In this document: positions 36,016-45,009 of the stretch, in pieces
How the letters are laid out: the number at the start of each line of letters is the position of its first letter
Numbering within the stretch: position 1 is the first letter of the stretch
Source of the DNA: a virus
Lineage: Duplodnaviria > Caudoviricetes
Direction: 5' to 3' (one strand)
IMG/VR virus record: IMGVR_UViG_3300032893_000044
Location: 1-61,743 of that record
Length of the DNA: 61,743 nucleotides
The notes under the pieces: generated by a model
Told to the model about the DNA's origin: nothing
The model's input: the letters and a program-made list of their open reading frames with translations, nothing else
Databases searched by the model: none
Position numbers and translations under genes: made by a program

Positions 36016-36236
36016 GCACAGAATATCGTCATGCGCCAGTAAAACACTTTCTCCAGGCAGTGCGCACATATCCAAGCCTGCGCTCTTTTCGCTTGCGGTA
36101 TCACTACCAAATGGCAATTCTCAATCCGTCTCCTACCGATGAGGAACTGGTTCATAACCAGCGTAAAATTCCACAAATAGTTTCTTCAGCTCCTCTCCTC
36201 CGGTTACTGCATTCTCGCCCGCTTCTGCTGCGATGA
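36012..36236 (+). CDS. MSTEYRH-type small protein, copy 4
   Basis: LRYHYQMAILNPSPTDEEL. Confidence 0.7.
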   Translation: MSTEYRHAPVKHFLQAVRTYPSLRSFRLRYHYQMAILNPSPTDEELVHNQRKIPQIVSSAPLLRLLHSRPLLLR

Positions 36237-36632
36237 AGACCCCTCCGGAGCTTCCTCCTCAAGCGATGCTGCAAAAGACTGCAACATCTCATCCTCGGTC
36301 TCCTTTATTTCTTCCCGCAACAGCGTTATCAAAGACTGGCTCTCAGCCCTATACCTTTCTGCCTCCAAGTGCTTTTGCTTAAGCTGCTCCAGCAAAGCCT
36401 CGTACTCTATCTTGGCCATCTCAAACTGCACTTCCTGCAAACGCGCCTCTAAGCCTTCCGCAAGGGGCTTCTGCTTTAACACCAACAGAAAGTCTCGCGT
36501 TGATTTTACCGCAGCAGTCAAAACTTGACACTCCGCCATCACCATCGTCAAGCGATTAGTCACCCTCAAAAACTGCTGATACCGCTGCCAGGCAGGGCTT
36601 CTCTTAGGCTGCTGCTGTAACTGTGTAAACAC
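36204..36632 (-). CDS. Coiled-coil protein with acidic block and basic C-terminal tip
   Basis: ..LEEEAPEGSSSQQKRARMQ; GGAGGA RBS. Confidence 0.6.
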   Translation of the reverse strand: MFTQLQQQPKRSPAWQRYQQFLRVTNRLTMVMAECQVLTAAVKSTRDFLLVLKQKPLAEGLEARLQEVQFEMAKIEYEALLEQLKQKHLEAERYRAESQSLITLLREEIKETEDEMLQSFAASLEEEAPEGSSSQQKRARMQ

Positions 36633-36644
36633 TATTTTATCCTC

Positions 36645-37037
36645 CTATTCTATCCTCGGGTTTTGTTGCTGAGACGACGGAAAGACATTATTCCAGCGGT
36701 CTAACCACTGCGTAACCAAACGCTTGCCTTCCTCGATATGGTGTAGGGCCGTACGCGATTTTTCTTCCATCCGAGCTTGTAGCTCACGAGAGGCTTCTAC
36801 TCCTTCTTCTATAAGCTGCGTCAGCTCCTGTATGCGCTCGGCTTCTGCCTCACCCTCAGCCTGCTCGAGCTCATCCTTTTCCGCGACCCACTCTTGGACC
36901 TGCATAGCGTGTGTGTCCTGCTGCCTTTGCAGTTCAAGCACTTCTTCTGCCAGCTGTTTGACGCGCACCATGTTCTCTAAGATAGCTACCCAACCTGGTA
37001 TGATAGGTCTAGCCATCAAACTAAATAAATTAAACAT
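36645..37037 (-). CDS. Coiled-coil protein, probable paralog of neighbours
   Basis: MFNLF start; ..SSQQQNPRIE; AGGAGG RBS. Confidence 0.6.
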   Translation of the reverse strand: MFNLFSLMARPIIPGWVAILENMVRVKQLAEEVLELQRQQDTHAMQVQEWVAEKDELEQAEGEAEAERIQELTQLIEEGVEASRELQARMEEKSRTALHHIEEGKRLVTQWLDRWNNVFPSSQQQNPRIE

Positions 37038-37052
37038 CTAATAACCTCCTTA

Positions 37053-37514
37053 TTATTCCATTCTTGACTTCTTCGCCGGCGACTCCTCGCTCTCCTCTCT
37101 ACTCATGGGCTCATCCAACGGATGCACGTTTTTCTCAGGCTTCACCTCTGCCGTCATCACACTGTGCCACTCGCGCAAAGCCTGGTCGCGCTCACGATAA
37201 CATATGTTCGCTTGCTTTTGAAGCTCTTCCAGCTTCTGCGTTGTACTCCACAACTGCGTCTGCATCGTATGTATCTGCGCTTGCAGGATACGGTCGTGGA
37301 TATCTCCTGGCTTAAAGATGCCATTCTCTAGCCCGCTTAGCCGTGATTTTTTGTTGCGGTCGATGTCTTTTTGCAAGTTGGCCGCGTCCGTCGCGTAGCT
37401 GTCGTTTTCATCCATAAGCTTACGAAAGCGAGCAGTAATCTTTACTACCTTTTGAAAGGCGTCCCACTCAGCTTTGTTGCTTTGGTCGGGTTCTTTGCCA
37501 AACATGTTAAACAT
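37053..37514 (-). CDS. Coiled-coil protein with acidic block and NLS-like tip
   Basis: MFNMF start; ..EESEESPAKKSRME. Confidence 0.6.
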   Translation of the reverse strand: MFNMFGKEPDQSNKAEWDAFQKVVKITARFRKLMDENDSYATDAANLQKDIDRNKKSRLSGLENGIFKPGDIHDRILQAQIHTMQTQLWSTTQKLEELQKQANICYRERDQALREWHSVMTAEVKPEKNVHPLDEPMSREESEESPAKKSRME

Positions 37515-37689
37515 TTTTATTCATCCTTATCACCCACTGATAATGTCTGCGCACAATGTGCGGAAACCTATCGAAAACCGCACACGCTTCCTTAAACGCC
37601 TCCGCCAACGTTAGTTCAGGAGGAACTATAGTTACATCATAAAGCGGAAGCCAGTTTCTCCACATATGTAAATTCATCCTTTTCTCCAA
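37507..37689 (-). CDS. YY/HY-motif small protein (cluster C)
   Basis: LAEAFKEAC..VRRHYQWVI. Confidence 0.65.
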   Translation of the reverse strand: MEKRMNLHMWRNWLPLYDVTIVPPELTLAEAFKEACAVFDRFPHIVRRHYQWVIRMNKNV

Positions 37690-37925
37690 ACGTCTCCGAC
37701 TGAGACTTCTTCCACATATTGTGCTATCTCCCGGTCACCCTTCACTATCGCCTTGTAATAGTCTTTCAAGGTATAGGAGAAAAGAGGCCAATGGTAAAAG
37801 AGGGGTTTAATCGAGTCGGCAGTAGATGCTTTTTTGCTTACAGCAGGAACAGGGAAAGCAGCCATTAGATTGAGTAACCGCCTTTTAAAGTGTTTTAACT
37901 TAAGGTGTTTTAACGTAAAGTTCAC
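37674..37925 (-). CDS. YY-motif small protein (cluster C)
   Basis: WPLFSYTLKDYYKAIVKG. Confidence 0.65.
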   Translation of the reverse strand: MNFTLKHLKLKHFKRRLLNLMAAFPVPAVSKKASTADSIKPLFYHWPLFSYTLKDYYKAIVKGDREIAQYVEEVSVGDVWRKG

Positions 37926-38067
37926 GCTTTTCTCCTTTAATTACCGCCTGGTAATAGCCTTTCAAGGTATAGGTGAAAAAAGGCCAGCTGCGAAACAACA
38001 TGGTCATCGTTGCAACCGTCTGGATAGGACATTGAGTAATATCAGGTACTTTGAACTTAACTGTCAC
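37900..38067 (-). CDS. YY-motif small protein (cluster C; below ORF-track cutoff)
   Basis: Translated by eye: WPFFTYTLKGYYQAVIKG. Confidence 0.65.
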   Translation of the reverse strand: MTVKFKVPDITQCPIQTVATMTMLFRSWPFFTYTLKGYYQAVIKGEKRELYVKTP

Positions 38068-38332
38068 CCTTTTCTCCTAACTCTACTTCTTCCTCCATAA
38101 ATCTCCCAATACACAGATTTCTGACAATCTCTGCGGTCACGTACATATCTGGCGGGTCTATATCGCGCAAGTCTCCGTCATATTTACGCCTAATCTCTTG
38201 GAGTTTGTTAATCTCAGAATCTAGGCATGCTTGAATGATTTCTATATGCTTGTCAAGAAGAAAGCGCGGATAGCCTATGTGTCGCCATAAATGTTTTCTG
38301 AGCTTGTCTAAGTCTTGCATGGAGACTTTCAT
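38057..38332 (-). CDS. Hypothetical protein
   Basis: MKVSMQDLDK start with AGGAG RBS. Confidence 0.55.
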   Translation of the reverse strand: MKVSMQDLDKLRKHLWRHIGYPRFLLDKHIEIIQACLDSEINKLQEIRRKYDGDLRDIDPPDMYVTAEIVRNLCIGRFMEEEVELGEKGDS

Positions 38333-38514
38333 GACTTTTCTCCTTGAACTACCCTCTGATAATGTATACGCGCTATGTGCGGGAAAAGATGCCAAATCTG
38401 ACAAGCCAACTTCAACTCTCCAGCAAGCGATAAATGGTCGGGAACTACCAGAAATGAATGATCGAGCTTTGTATGGTCGAGATTTGGTGGCCATATGGTA
38501 AATGTTGTCATCAT
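38329..38514 (-). CDS. HY-motif small protein (cluster C)
   Basis: ELKLACQIW.LFP.IARIHYQRVV. Confidence 0.65.
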   Translation of the reverse strand: MMTTFTIWPPNLDHTKLDHSFLVVPDHLSLAGELKLACQIWHLFPHIARIHYQRVVQGEKS

Positions 38515-38690
38515 TTTTTCTGCACCACTCTCTCATAATGCCTGCGCACAAGGCTTGGAAAAAACCCCCAAACCTCACAAGCCACTTTCAAAGCTTCAGC
38601 AGGCGTGAGGTTGTCTTTCCTTACCACGTAATCAAATGCACGCTCGGGATCTGGGGGCCAAGCTGGTGGCCAAGAAGGAATTTGTATCAT
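38511..38690 (-). CDS. HY-motif small protein (cluster C; below ORF-track cutoff)
   Basis: Translated by eye: TPAEALKVACEVWGFFPSLVRRHYERVV. Confidence 0.65.
   Translation of the reverse strand: MIQIPSWPPAWPPDPERAFDYVVRKDNLTPAEALKVACEVWGFFPSLVRRHYERVVQKK
38540..38607. repeat. 68-bp direct repeat, second copy at 39236-39303
   Basis: 67/68 identical; encodes the shared core of two cluster C paralogs. Confidence 0.85.
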
Positions 38691-38941
38691 CTTTCCCCCA
38701 TTACTTGCCGATAATGTATACGCGCAAGCTCTGAGTCAGTATCCCAAAGCTCACAAGCTAACTGTAAGGCTTTGGCACGCGTGAGCCTTTCTGCTATCAT
38801 CACCCGATTAAATACAGACTCGAAAGATTCCGGCGGCCACATTAACATCCTTTTATGGAACAGATGATAGCATGCGCTATTTCTCCATAGGGTCATATAT
38901 CCCGTTCTGTGCTGTCCCTGAACACTTCGAGTTATAAACAT
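38687..38941 (-). CDS. HY-motif small protein (cluster C)
   Basis: ALQLACELW..LARIHYRQVM. Confidence 0.65.
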   Translation of the reverse strand: MFITRSVQGQHRTGYMTLWRNSACYHLFHKRMLMWPPESFESVFNRVMIAERLTRAKALQLACELWDTDSELARIHYRQVMGER

Positions 38942-39192
38942 TTTATCTTCCTCATTACCCGCCGATAATGTCTACGCGCAAGTGTTGAGTCAATATGCCA
39001 GAGCGCACAAGCTAACTTTAACGCTTCCGAAGGCTTGAGCTTTTTTTCTTTTGCCAGGTAATTAAAGGAAGACTGCGCAGACTCGTGTGGCTGCAAGCCA
39101 TATCTGCACAAAAACTGATGATACAATCCGCCATCTCTAAATATGGGGCCATATCTTCGCAGTGGCTTAAACCATCCGCCAGTTATAAACAT
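38932..39192 (-). CDS. HY-motif small protein (cluster C)
   Basis: PSEALKLACALW..LARRHYRRVM. Confidence 0.65.
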   Translation of the reverse strand: MFITGGWFKPLRRYGPIFRDGGLYHQFLCRYGLQPHESAQSSFNYLAKEKKLKPSEALKLACALWHIDSTLARRHYRRVMRKIKCL

Positions 39193-39347
39193 GTTCTTAG
39201 AGAGCCCCCTATCCCTAAAACTACATGCTGATAACGCCTGCGCACAAGGCTTGGAAAAAACCCCCAAACCTCACAAGCCATTTTCAAAGCTTCAGCAGGC
39301 GTGCGTTCTTTCGCCATAAAGCGCTCAAACAAATATTCATACATCAT
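39183..39347 (-). CDS. Small protein of the same family (cluster C; below ORF-track cutoff)
   Basis: Translated by eye: TPAEALKMACEVWGFFPSLVRRRYQHVV. Confidence 0.6.
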   Translation of the reverse strand: MMYEYLFERFMAKERTPAEALKMACEVWGFFPSLVRRRYQHVVLGIGGSLRTCL

Positions 39348-39474
39348 AGATATGTATCCATCTTAGGGAGACCCCTTACTTGAATTTTAAAGCTATCTTA
39401 TACTGCCTTTAAGCCCAGAATCTTTGCCTGGCTTGGACCCCGTAAGGGGCTAACAGCTATGGATAAGGCAAAGA

Positions 39475-42060
39475 ATGGCTTTCGAAGACGAATTCGCTCT
39501 CCTAGAGCAAGACCTCTTACCAGACGATGCGTCTGCGTATGAAATCGCGGCAAAGGGCCCGGCAGACGGAGGAACAACCCCTGCCGGGAGCGATTTTTAC
39601 GAAAACCTCGCAGAGCACATCGATGTCTCCATTCTATCCGGTCTTGGGGCCAGATTACTAGACGAGATTAAAGAAGATATCGAATCCCGCCGTGAATGGG
39701 AACAAACCATCGCCCTCGTCATGAAGTATCTAGGCGAAAAGGTAGAAGAATCCAAAAGCGTTCCCTTCTTTCGCGCCTGTTCTTCCTTTGATACCACTCT
39801 CACCACGGCTGTCTATCGTAACTATAGCGTCTACAAACGCGAACTCTTTCCCCCGGAAGGTCCTTGCAAATCTAAAATCAATGGTATCCCCACCAAAGAA
39901 ACCGAAGAAATTGGGGAACGCCGCAAGATTTTTGCTAACTACTATCTAACGACAGTCGACAAAGAATATTACCCTGACAGCGAAAAACTGCTGTTATACA
40001 CCATCTATTGCGGCTCTGGTTTTAGGAAAATCTACCAAGACCCTTTAACCAAGATGCCGGTAAGCCGTTTCATTCGACCGCAAGATTTTATTGTCAACGT
40101 CCATACCACTACTATCCTTTCCTCCTCCCGCCTCACACACCTCTACGAGCTCCCCAAACAAGATATCTATCTGCGTCAGCAGGATGGGTATTTTACCGGG
40201 GAGTCCCTCCCTAATGTGAGCGACGATACGGAAAGCGAGCCCAGTGTTATCACGGAGACCACCAAAAACATCACCGGCATCCAGACGGACAATACCGAAA
40301 ACAAATCGCTGTTCAAGTTCTATGAATGTCACGTCATCCTAGACTATACCGACTTAAAGGGCCAAGACCCCGCTGCCGACCGCAACATTCCCTGCCCCTA
40401 CATCGTTACCATCTGCGAAGCCACAAAAAAGATTGTGCGCATTCAGCGGAATTGGGAAGAAGGCGACGAGCAGTTCAAACGCAAAGAATACTTCGTGCAC
40501 TACCAGTTCCTCCCAGGCTTTGGCATGTATGGCATCGGGATGGCCCATTTAACCGGATCCAATGCCATTACCCTGACAACGATTTTGCGTCAGCTCATTG
40601 ATGCTGGCACGCTCAAGAACTTCCCCGGCGGCTTAAAGTCCACGTCTGCACGCTCGAATCAAAACAACAAGTCGATCGGGCCCGCGGAGTGGCAAGAGGT
40701 GGAGACCGGAGGCAAAGCCATTCAAGACTGCTTCATGCTCATGCCCTATGCAGAGCCTTCCCAAGTCTTGGCTGCCTTGCGCGGTGAACTCAAAACTGAA
40801 ACCTTAAATGTCGTCGCAGCCGCCGAGGAAGGCCTCCAAGAAATGGGGCCTAATACCGCACCCACGACAGCCTTAATCAGCCAGGAAGTTGCAGCACGCT
40901 TGCAATCGGCTTCTTTAATGTCCATGCATTCGAGCTTGGCATACGAATTTAGCTTGCTGTTCGCCATCTTTGGCGAATGCTTGCCGGATGAGCCTTATCC
41001 TTTCAAGGTGCCAGGTTATGAGGGAGCCGTTCTAAAGACGGACTTTAACAACAATATTGACACAGTCCCGGTCTCTAATCCGAATGTGCTCACCTCATCC
41101 CATCGTCTTATCAATGCCGATGCTTTGCTGAAGCTCGCCTCCCAAGCTCCCGATGTCTACAACATCCGTGAAACCCAAAAACGCATGTTAGAGGCGATGA
41201 ACGTCGAAAACATCGACGCGGTCTTAAAGCCAGAGCCTGTCCCGCGCTCTTTAGATGCAGTCAGTGAAAACATGCTCATTTTAAAGGGGCAGCCGGTCAA
41301 AGCCGCGCACTTTCAAAATCACAAAGCCCATAACACGGTGCATAACAAGTTTATTCAAGACGTGAGTCAAAACCCTATCTTCATGCAGCTGAACCCCATG
41401 GCGGTTCCTGATACCACGCTGCATATCCAGCAGCACTCGGCCTTAGCTGTCTTGCAAGAGTGGTACGCACAAGACCCGCTCTTTGCCGACAGCATTGTGC
41501 AAAAGTTCATGCAGCAAAACAACATCAATCCGCAAGAAGAACTTTCTGAAGAACAAATCATGCTTATCCCAGAAGTGCAAAACCGGGTGACAGAGATTAA
41601 CGCCGAAGAAGCCATGCAGCAGATGGAAGCACAAGCCGCTCAGCAGCAGGCCATGATGGAAGCGCAGATGAATCAGGTTGACCCGGCGCAGGTGATGCTA
41701 GCAGACGTCGAGCAGCAGCGTGAAAAGACGCAGATTGAAGCCGAAGTTGCGCTGCGTAAAGTTGAGACCGAAAAAGAAATCGCTGACCAGAAAGCCGAGA
41801 CCGAAAGCTTTAAGACGCAGCTCAAGTTTGAGGGCGACCAAGCCAAGATTGAAGCGGACCAAGAGATGGCCCGCGAAAAGGCTGAAGTCGATGTGATGTT
41901 AGCGGAAATGAAGCAGCAGGCAGCCCACGAGCAAAACCTCTTAAAACATGAAGCAGCCAAACAGCAAAACGAAATGAAGCATCAGGCGGCCAGAGAACAA
42001 CAGGCCAATCAGCATCTTCACCAATCCTTACATAAACCTAACCCTAAAGAGGAAAGATAA
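39475..42060 (+). CDS. Portal protein
   Basis: FYENLAE, SRREWE, ELFPPEGP.K, GSGFRKIY.D, YFVHY.FLPGFG.YG.G, LRQLIDAGTL.N.PGG; long helical C-terminal barrel. Confidence 0.9.
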   Translation: MAFEDEFALLEQDLLPDDASAYEIAAKGPADGGTTPAGSDFYENLAEHIDVSILSGLGARLLDEIKEDIESRREWEQTIALVMKYLGEKVEESKSVPFFRACSSFDTTLTTAVYRNYSVYKRELFPPEGPCKSKINGIPTKETEEIGERRKIFANYYLTTVDKEYYPDSEKLLLYTIYCGSGFRKIYQDPLTKMPVSRFIRPQDFIVNVHTTTILSSSRLTHLYELPKQDIYLRQQDGYFTGESLPNVSDDTESEPSVITETTKNITGIQTDNTENKSLFKFYECHVILDYTDLKGQDPAADRNIPCPYIVTICEATKKIVRIQRNWEEGDEQFKRKEYFVHYQFLPGFGMYGIGMAHLTGSNAITLTTILRQLIDAGTLKNFPGGLKSTSARSNQNNKSIGPAEWQEVETGGKAIQDCFMLMPYAEPSQVLAALRGELKTETLNVVAAAEEGLQEMGPNTAPTTALISQEVAARLQSASLMSMHSSLAYEFSLLFAIFGECLPDEPYPFKVPGYEGAVLKTDFNNNIDTVPVSNPNVLTSSHRLINADALLKLASQAPDVYNIRETQKRMLEAMNVENIDAVLKPEPVPRSLDAVSENMLILKGQPVKAAHFQNHKAHNTVHNKFIQDVSQNPIFMQLNPMAVPDTTLHIQQHSALAVLQEWYAQDPLFADSIVQKFMQQNNINPQEELSEEQIMLIPEVQNRVTEINAEEAMQQMEAQAAQQQAMMEAQMNQVDPAQVMLADVEQQREKTQIEAEVALRKVETEKEIADQKAETESFKTQLKFEGDQAKIEADQEMAREKAEVDVMLAEMKQQAAHEQNLLKHEAAKQQNEMKHQAAREQQANQHLHQSLHKPNPKEER

Positions 42061-42798
42061 ATGACCGACTATACCAAAATTAGAGCAGGCTTTCATGGTA
42101 AGAAAGACCCCTTGCGCTCTAATGCCGAAAAACTCTTTGGCCGTGCAGAAATGGGCTTTAGAGATAAAAACATTGCGCCAGCTCCTTCTAGCAGCGTCGG
42201 ACGAGAAAAGATGCGCCCTTTTAAGAAAGGGGGCACCGTTGGGTTGGAAGGTCGTAACGAACTTGAGAGCGCCAAGTCCATTGGGCGCTATAAATCAGAA
42301 AAGGAATTCTCTAAAGCTTTGCCCATGGGGCACTATAAATCAGAAAAAGAATTTTCTAAAGCTCGACCCATCGAACGCCATAAATCAACTGATGAATTTG
42401 AAAAAGCAAGAAGAAGCTATAAAACCGGCGGACACATCCACGGTCTAACCAAACAACAAACCGACTTATACATCCCAAAGCGCAAGAAGTCTACACCTTT
42501 CAAGCAGGAAAGCATGGCTAAGGCTACGTCCAATTACAAAACGGGCGGAGCAGTCAGAAGCCGTGATTCGCAGGGGCGTTTTGCTAAAGGCGGCTATGCC
42601 GATGGCGGCGGGATTGAGATGCCAAAACCCACGATGAAGCGCGGCGGTAAAACCAGTCAAAACGAATACGGCTGGGGCGGTGCAGTGGGTCAATTTGTTA
42701 ACAAAATCCCCTTAATTGGCGGCCTAACCTCCATGCTCGGCATGAAAGAAGGCGGCTCAACAAAGTCTAAATCTAAATCTAAACGAGGTTGCAAATGA
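42061..42798 (+). CDS. Basic head-module protein with (F/Y/M)(K/A)xGG motifs
   Basis: FKKGG, YKTGG, FAKGG, YADGG, MKRGG, MKEGG; three 15-aa repeats. Confidence 0.65.
   Translation: MTDYTKIRAGFHGKKDPLRSNAEKLFGRAEMGFRDKNIAPAPSSSVGREKMRPFKKGGTVGLEGRNELESAKSIGRYKSEKEFSKALPMGHYKSEKEFSKARPIERHKSTDEFEKARRSYKTGGHIHGLTKQQTDLYIPKRKKSTPFKQESMAKATSNYKTGGAVRSRDSQGRFAKGGYADGGGIEMPKPTMKRGGKTSQNEYGWGGAVGQFVNKIPLIGGLTSMLGMKEGGSTKSKSKSKRGCK
42278..42410 (+). repeat. Three 45-bp tandem coding repeats
   Basis: TAAATCA recurs at 42291, 42336, 42381 ((Y/H)KSxxEFxKA). Confidence 0.75.
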
Positions 42799-43046
42799 AA
42801 AAGTTATCAGCCGGCGGAAGCTCGGTTTATGAAAAGCAAATGGTAGGCGAAAAGCCCAGTCGCAAGATGCCTCACTTTAACTACGAATCTGAAATGCGCG
42901 GAGAGCATCCCATCTCGGTTCGTAAAAAGAAAGGCGGTGCGATTCGCAAAGCGGCCATTGGCGGTGCGCAAAAGATGCGCTTAGGCGAAATGACTAAAGG
43001 CGGGATGCAAGCCAAGCCTAAGCCGGTGAAGCGCGGGGGCACTTAA
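42795..43046 (+). CDS. Small basic head-module protein
   Basis: xxGG motifs; ATGA overlap. Confidence 0.55.
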   Translation: MKKLSAGGSSVYEKQMVGEKPSRKMPHFNYESEMRGEHPISVRKKKGGAIRKAAIGGAQKMRLGEMTKGGMQAKPKPVKRGGT

Positions 43047-43288
43047 TGCTCTTTAAGTATATCGACATCTTGGCGGAACGCTTAAAAGCAGCCATCGAGC
43101 CTTATGACAGCCGGCTCGTAAAAGGTGATTTTAAGCCCGACGAGTTTCCCGAATACAAATACATTGCAGGCGTGCGTCAGGGACATTATGACGCGCTTAG
43201 GATTGCAAATCAGCTTTATGACGAGATGTTCAACCAAAACGCTAGGAGAGACACGGATGACTCAAGTATCGGTAGTGAATGGCTTTAA
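43046..43288 (+). CDS. Conserved small head-module protein
   Basis: L..G...F.EYKY..G...G...A pattern typically found before phage GroES. Confidence 0.6.
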   Translation: MLFKYIDILAERLKAAIEPYDSRLVKGDFKPDEFPEYKYIAGVRQGHYDALRIANQLYDEMFNQNARRDTDDSSIGSEWL

Positions 43289-44009
43289 ATTTAAAGACCG
43301 CTCAAGTTTTATTGAAGACCATGAAGTCAAGGAAGCAAAAGACCTGATTGAAAAGGAGCTAGGCTTTGAGCCTCCGCACCCTTGCGGCTATCAGATGGTC
43401 GTGAAGCTTTATGTCGGGCTAGAAGACACGGTACCGGTTAAGAATGACGATGGGTCTCTAGTGTTAGGGCAAGATGGCAAACCTTTGCGCATTTTATTAC
43501 CTGAAGCTGAAACACGTAGCGAGAAGTGGTCGAGTTGTGTGGGATTAGTCATTAGGCAGGGCCAAGAAGTTTATAAGACAGGGAAGTTTAGACGCGATCG
43601 AGGCTTTATGAACTTTTCCTGCTATACCGAATTCTTATCATGCTGTCAGATGCTAAGCGAAAGCCGGTTTACCCCAGAAGAATATCGCGGCAATTTGCCA
43701 GATATCTTGGCAGCGGTACAGTTTGGTTTACGCTTAGACTTATCCCCCATTGAAGCTTTGCATCGTTTGCACTTAGTGAACGGTGTGCCAGCCTTTAAAG
43801 AAATTCCCAAAGATGGCGACTTTTCTCAAAACATTTTGCACTTCCTGCAAGAAAACAATATTCAGCCTTGGTGTCAGGTAGGCGACTGGGTCGTTATTCC
43901 TCGTCACGAAGGTACTTTAATCAACTACAGAGGCGTTCCCATGATGTTTATGCCAGATGACCGAATCTTGGCCGTAGTGGAGGACCCCTCTTACGTCACT
44001 CGTTTCTAA
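43257..44009 (+). CDS. GroES/Cpn10-like co-chaperonin with internal insertion
   Basis: PPHPCGYQMVV, ILLP, VGLV..G...Y, PWCQVGDWV...R..G, DDRILAVVEDP. Confidence 0.75.
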   Translation: MTQVSVVNGFKFKDRSSFIEDHEVKEAKDLIEKELGFEPPHPCGYQMVVKLYVGLEDTVPVKNDDGSLVLGQDGKPLRILLPEAETRSEKWSSCVGLVIRQGQEVYKTGKFRRDRGFMNFSCYTEFLSCCQMLSESRFTPEEYRGNLPDILAAVQFGLRLDLSPIEALHRLHLVNGVPAFKEIPKDGDFSQNILHFLQENNIQPWCQVGDWVVIPRHEGTLINYRGVPMMFMPDDRILAVVEDPSYVTRF

Positions 44010-44019
44010 GGAGAGACTA

Positions 44020-44997
44020 ATGCAAGACGAACGCGAATTAGACCAAGAATTCGGGGGTGCCGAAGAAGAAATTGTTCCCGAAGATAATGAGGATAACCTA
44101 GAACCGGAAGAAGGACCCGAACCGGATACAGACGACCCCGATGGTGAAGATAAGCCTGAGCCGGATGAAGACGAAAAGGAGAAACGTCGTAAGAAGAACT
44201 TAGGACAAGCCTTAAAGCGGGCTCATGCGGAAAAATATCAGGCTTTAGAACGTATCCGCCTTTTGGAAGAAAACCTGCGCCAAGCGCAAATTGCGGCTGA
44301 GCGTTCGTCTGAGGCTGCTATGCGCAGCTACGATGCGGAAGTCATTCATAAGGTCGCGATTGCTCGGCAAAAGCTGCAAGAAGCTAAAGAGTTGGGAGAC
44401 TCTCAAGCAGAAATTGATGCGCAAATCAGCCTGAACCTTGCCACCAATGAGCTGCAAAAATTGCAGGATTGGAAAGCGCAGCAGGAGATGCAGCAGGAAT
44501 GGCAGAAAAGCCAGAGCAATATTCAGCAACCGCAAACGAATCCAAACGTTAATCCTTATGAATATCATCAGGAAGAAACAGAAGAATGGATTACGCGCAA
44601 TGCGGACTGGTTCCACCCGGAAGGGGAAAACTACGACCCGTACTTCGCGCAAGAAACCAGCCGGTATTCGGAAGCCTTAAACCAGTTGTTAATGGAGCGT
44701 GGATACGGCCATTTGATTGGGTCACAAGAGTATTACGACACCATTGACAATCAAATTGCTTTAGCCAGACAACGCTTACAGCAATCGTATCAAAAACATC
44801 AACCCTATCAGCGAGGACCTCAAATGAAGTCAGTCAGAGCGCCGGTTGCCCCTAGCCGGGGAAGCATGAATCGCGTGACACCGTCTAGTAAAAAACCCTT
44901 GTCTGCCGCAGAGCGCGACATGATTCGTGGGCTGGGCGTCACAGAAGAAGCTTATCGTCAAAGTCAGGCTTCGCTTCGTAGAGCAGGGAAACTATAA
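44020..44997 (+). CDS. Putative scaffolding protein
   Basis: Acidic N-terminus, coiled coil, W..RN.WF, SQEYY..ID, APVAP, LS..E...LGV. Confidence 0.7.
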   Translation: MQDERELDQEFGGAEEEIVPEDNEDNLEPEEGPEPDTDDPDGEDKPEPDEDEKEKRRKKNLGQALKRAHAEKYQALERIRLLEENLRQAQIAAERSSEAAMRSYDAEVIHKVAIARQKLQEAKELGDSQAEIDAQISLNLATNELQKLQDWKAQQEMQQEWQKSQSNIQQPQTNPNVNPYEYHQEETEEWITRNADWFHPEGENYDPYFAQETSRYSEALNQLLMERGYGHLIGSQEYYDTIDNQIALARQRLQQSYQKHQPYQRGPQMKSVRAPVAPSRGSMNRVTPSSKKPLSAAERDMIRGLGVTEEAYRQSQASLRRAGKL

Positions 44998-45009
44998 GGA
45001 GTCTTTATT

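Larger units (their letters stand above)
35457..36170 (+). repeat. Four tandem ~185-bp gene duplications
   Basis: ATGAGCACAGAATATCGTCA at 35457, 35645, 35827, 36012. Confidence 0.85.

Noticed and set aside
33927-39347. Diversity-generating retroelement as the source of the paralog repeats
   Set aside because: No reverse transcriptase ORF, and differences between copies are not adenine-specific
39410-39470. GACCCC-GTAA-GGGGCTAAC before the portal gene as a tenth sRNA unit
   Set aside because: Only a 4-bp CCCC/GGGG stem, the 5' AG and AACTT tail are missing, and the promoter is unclear; more likely part of a portal leader structure
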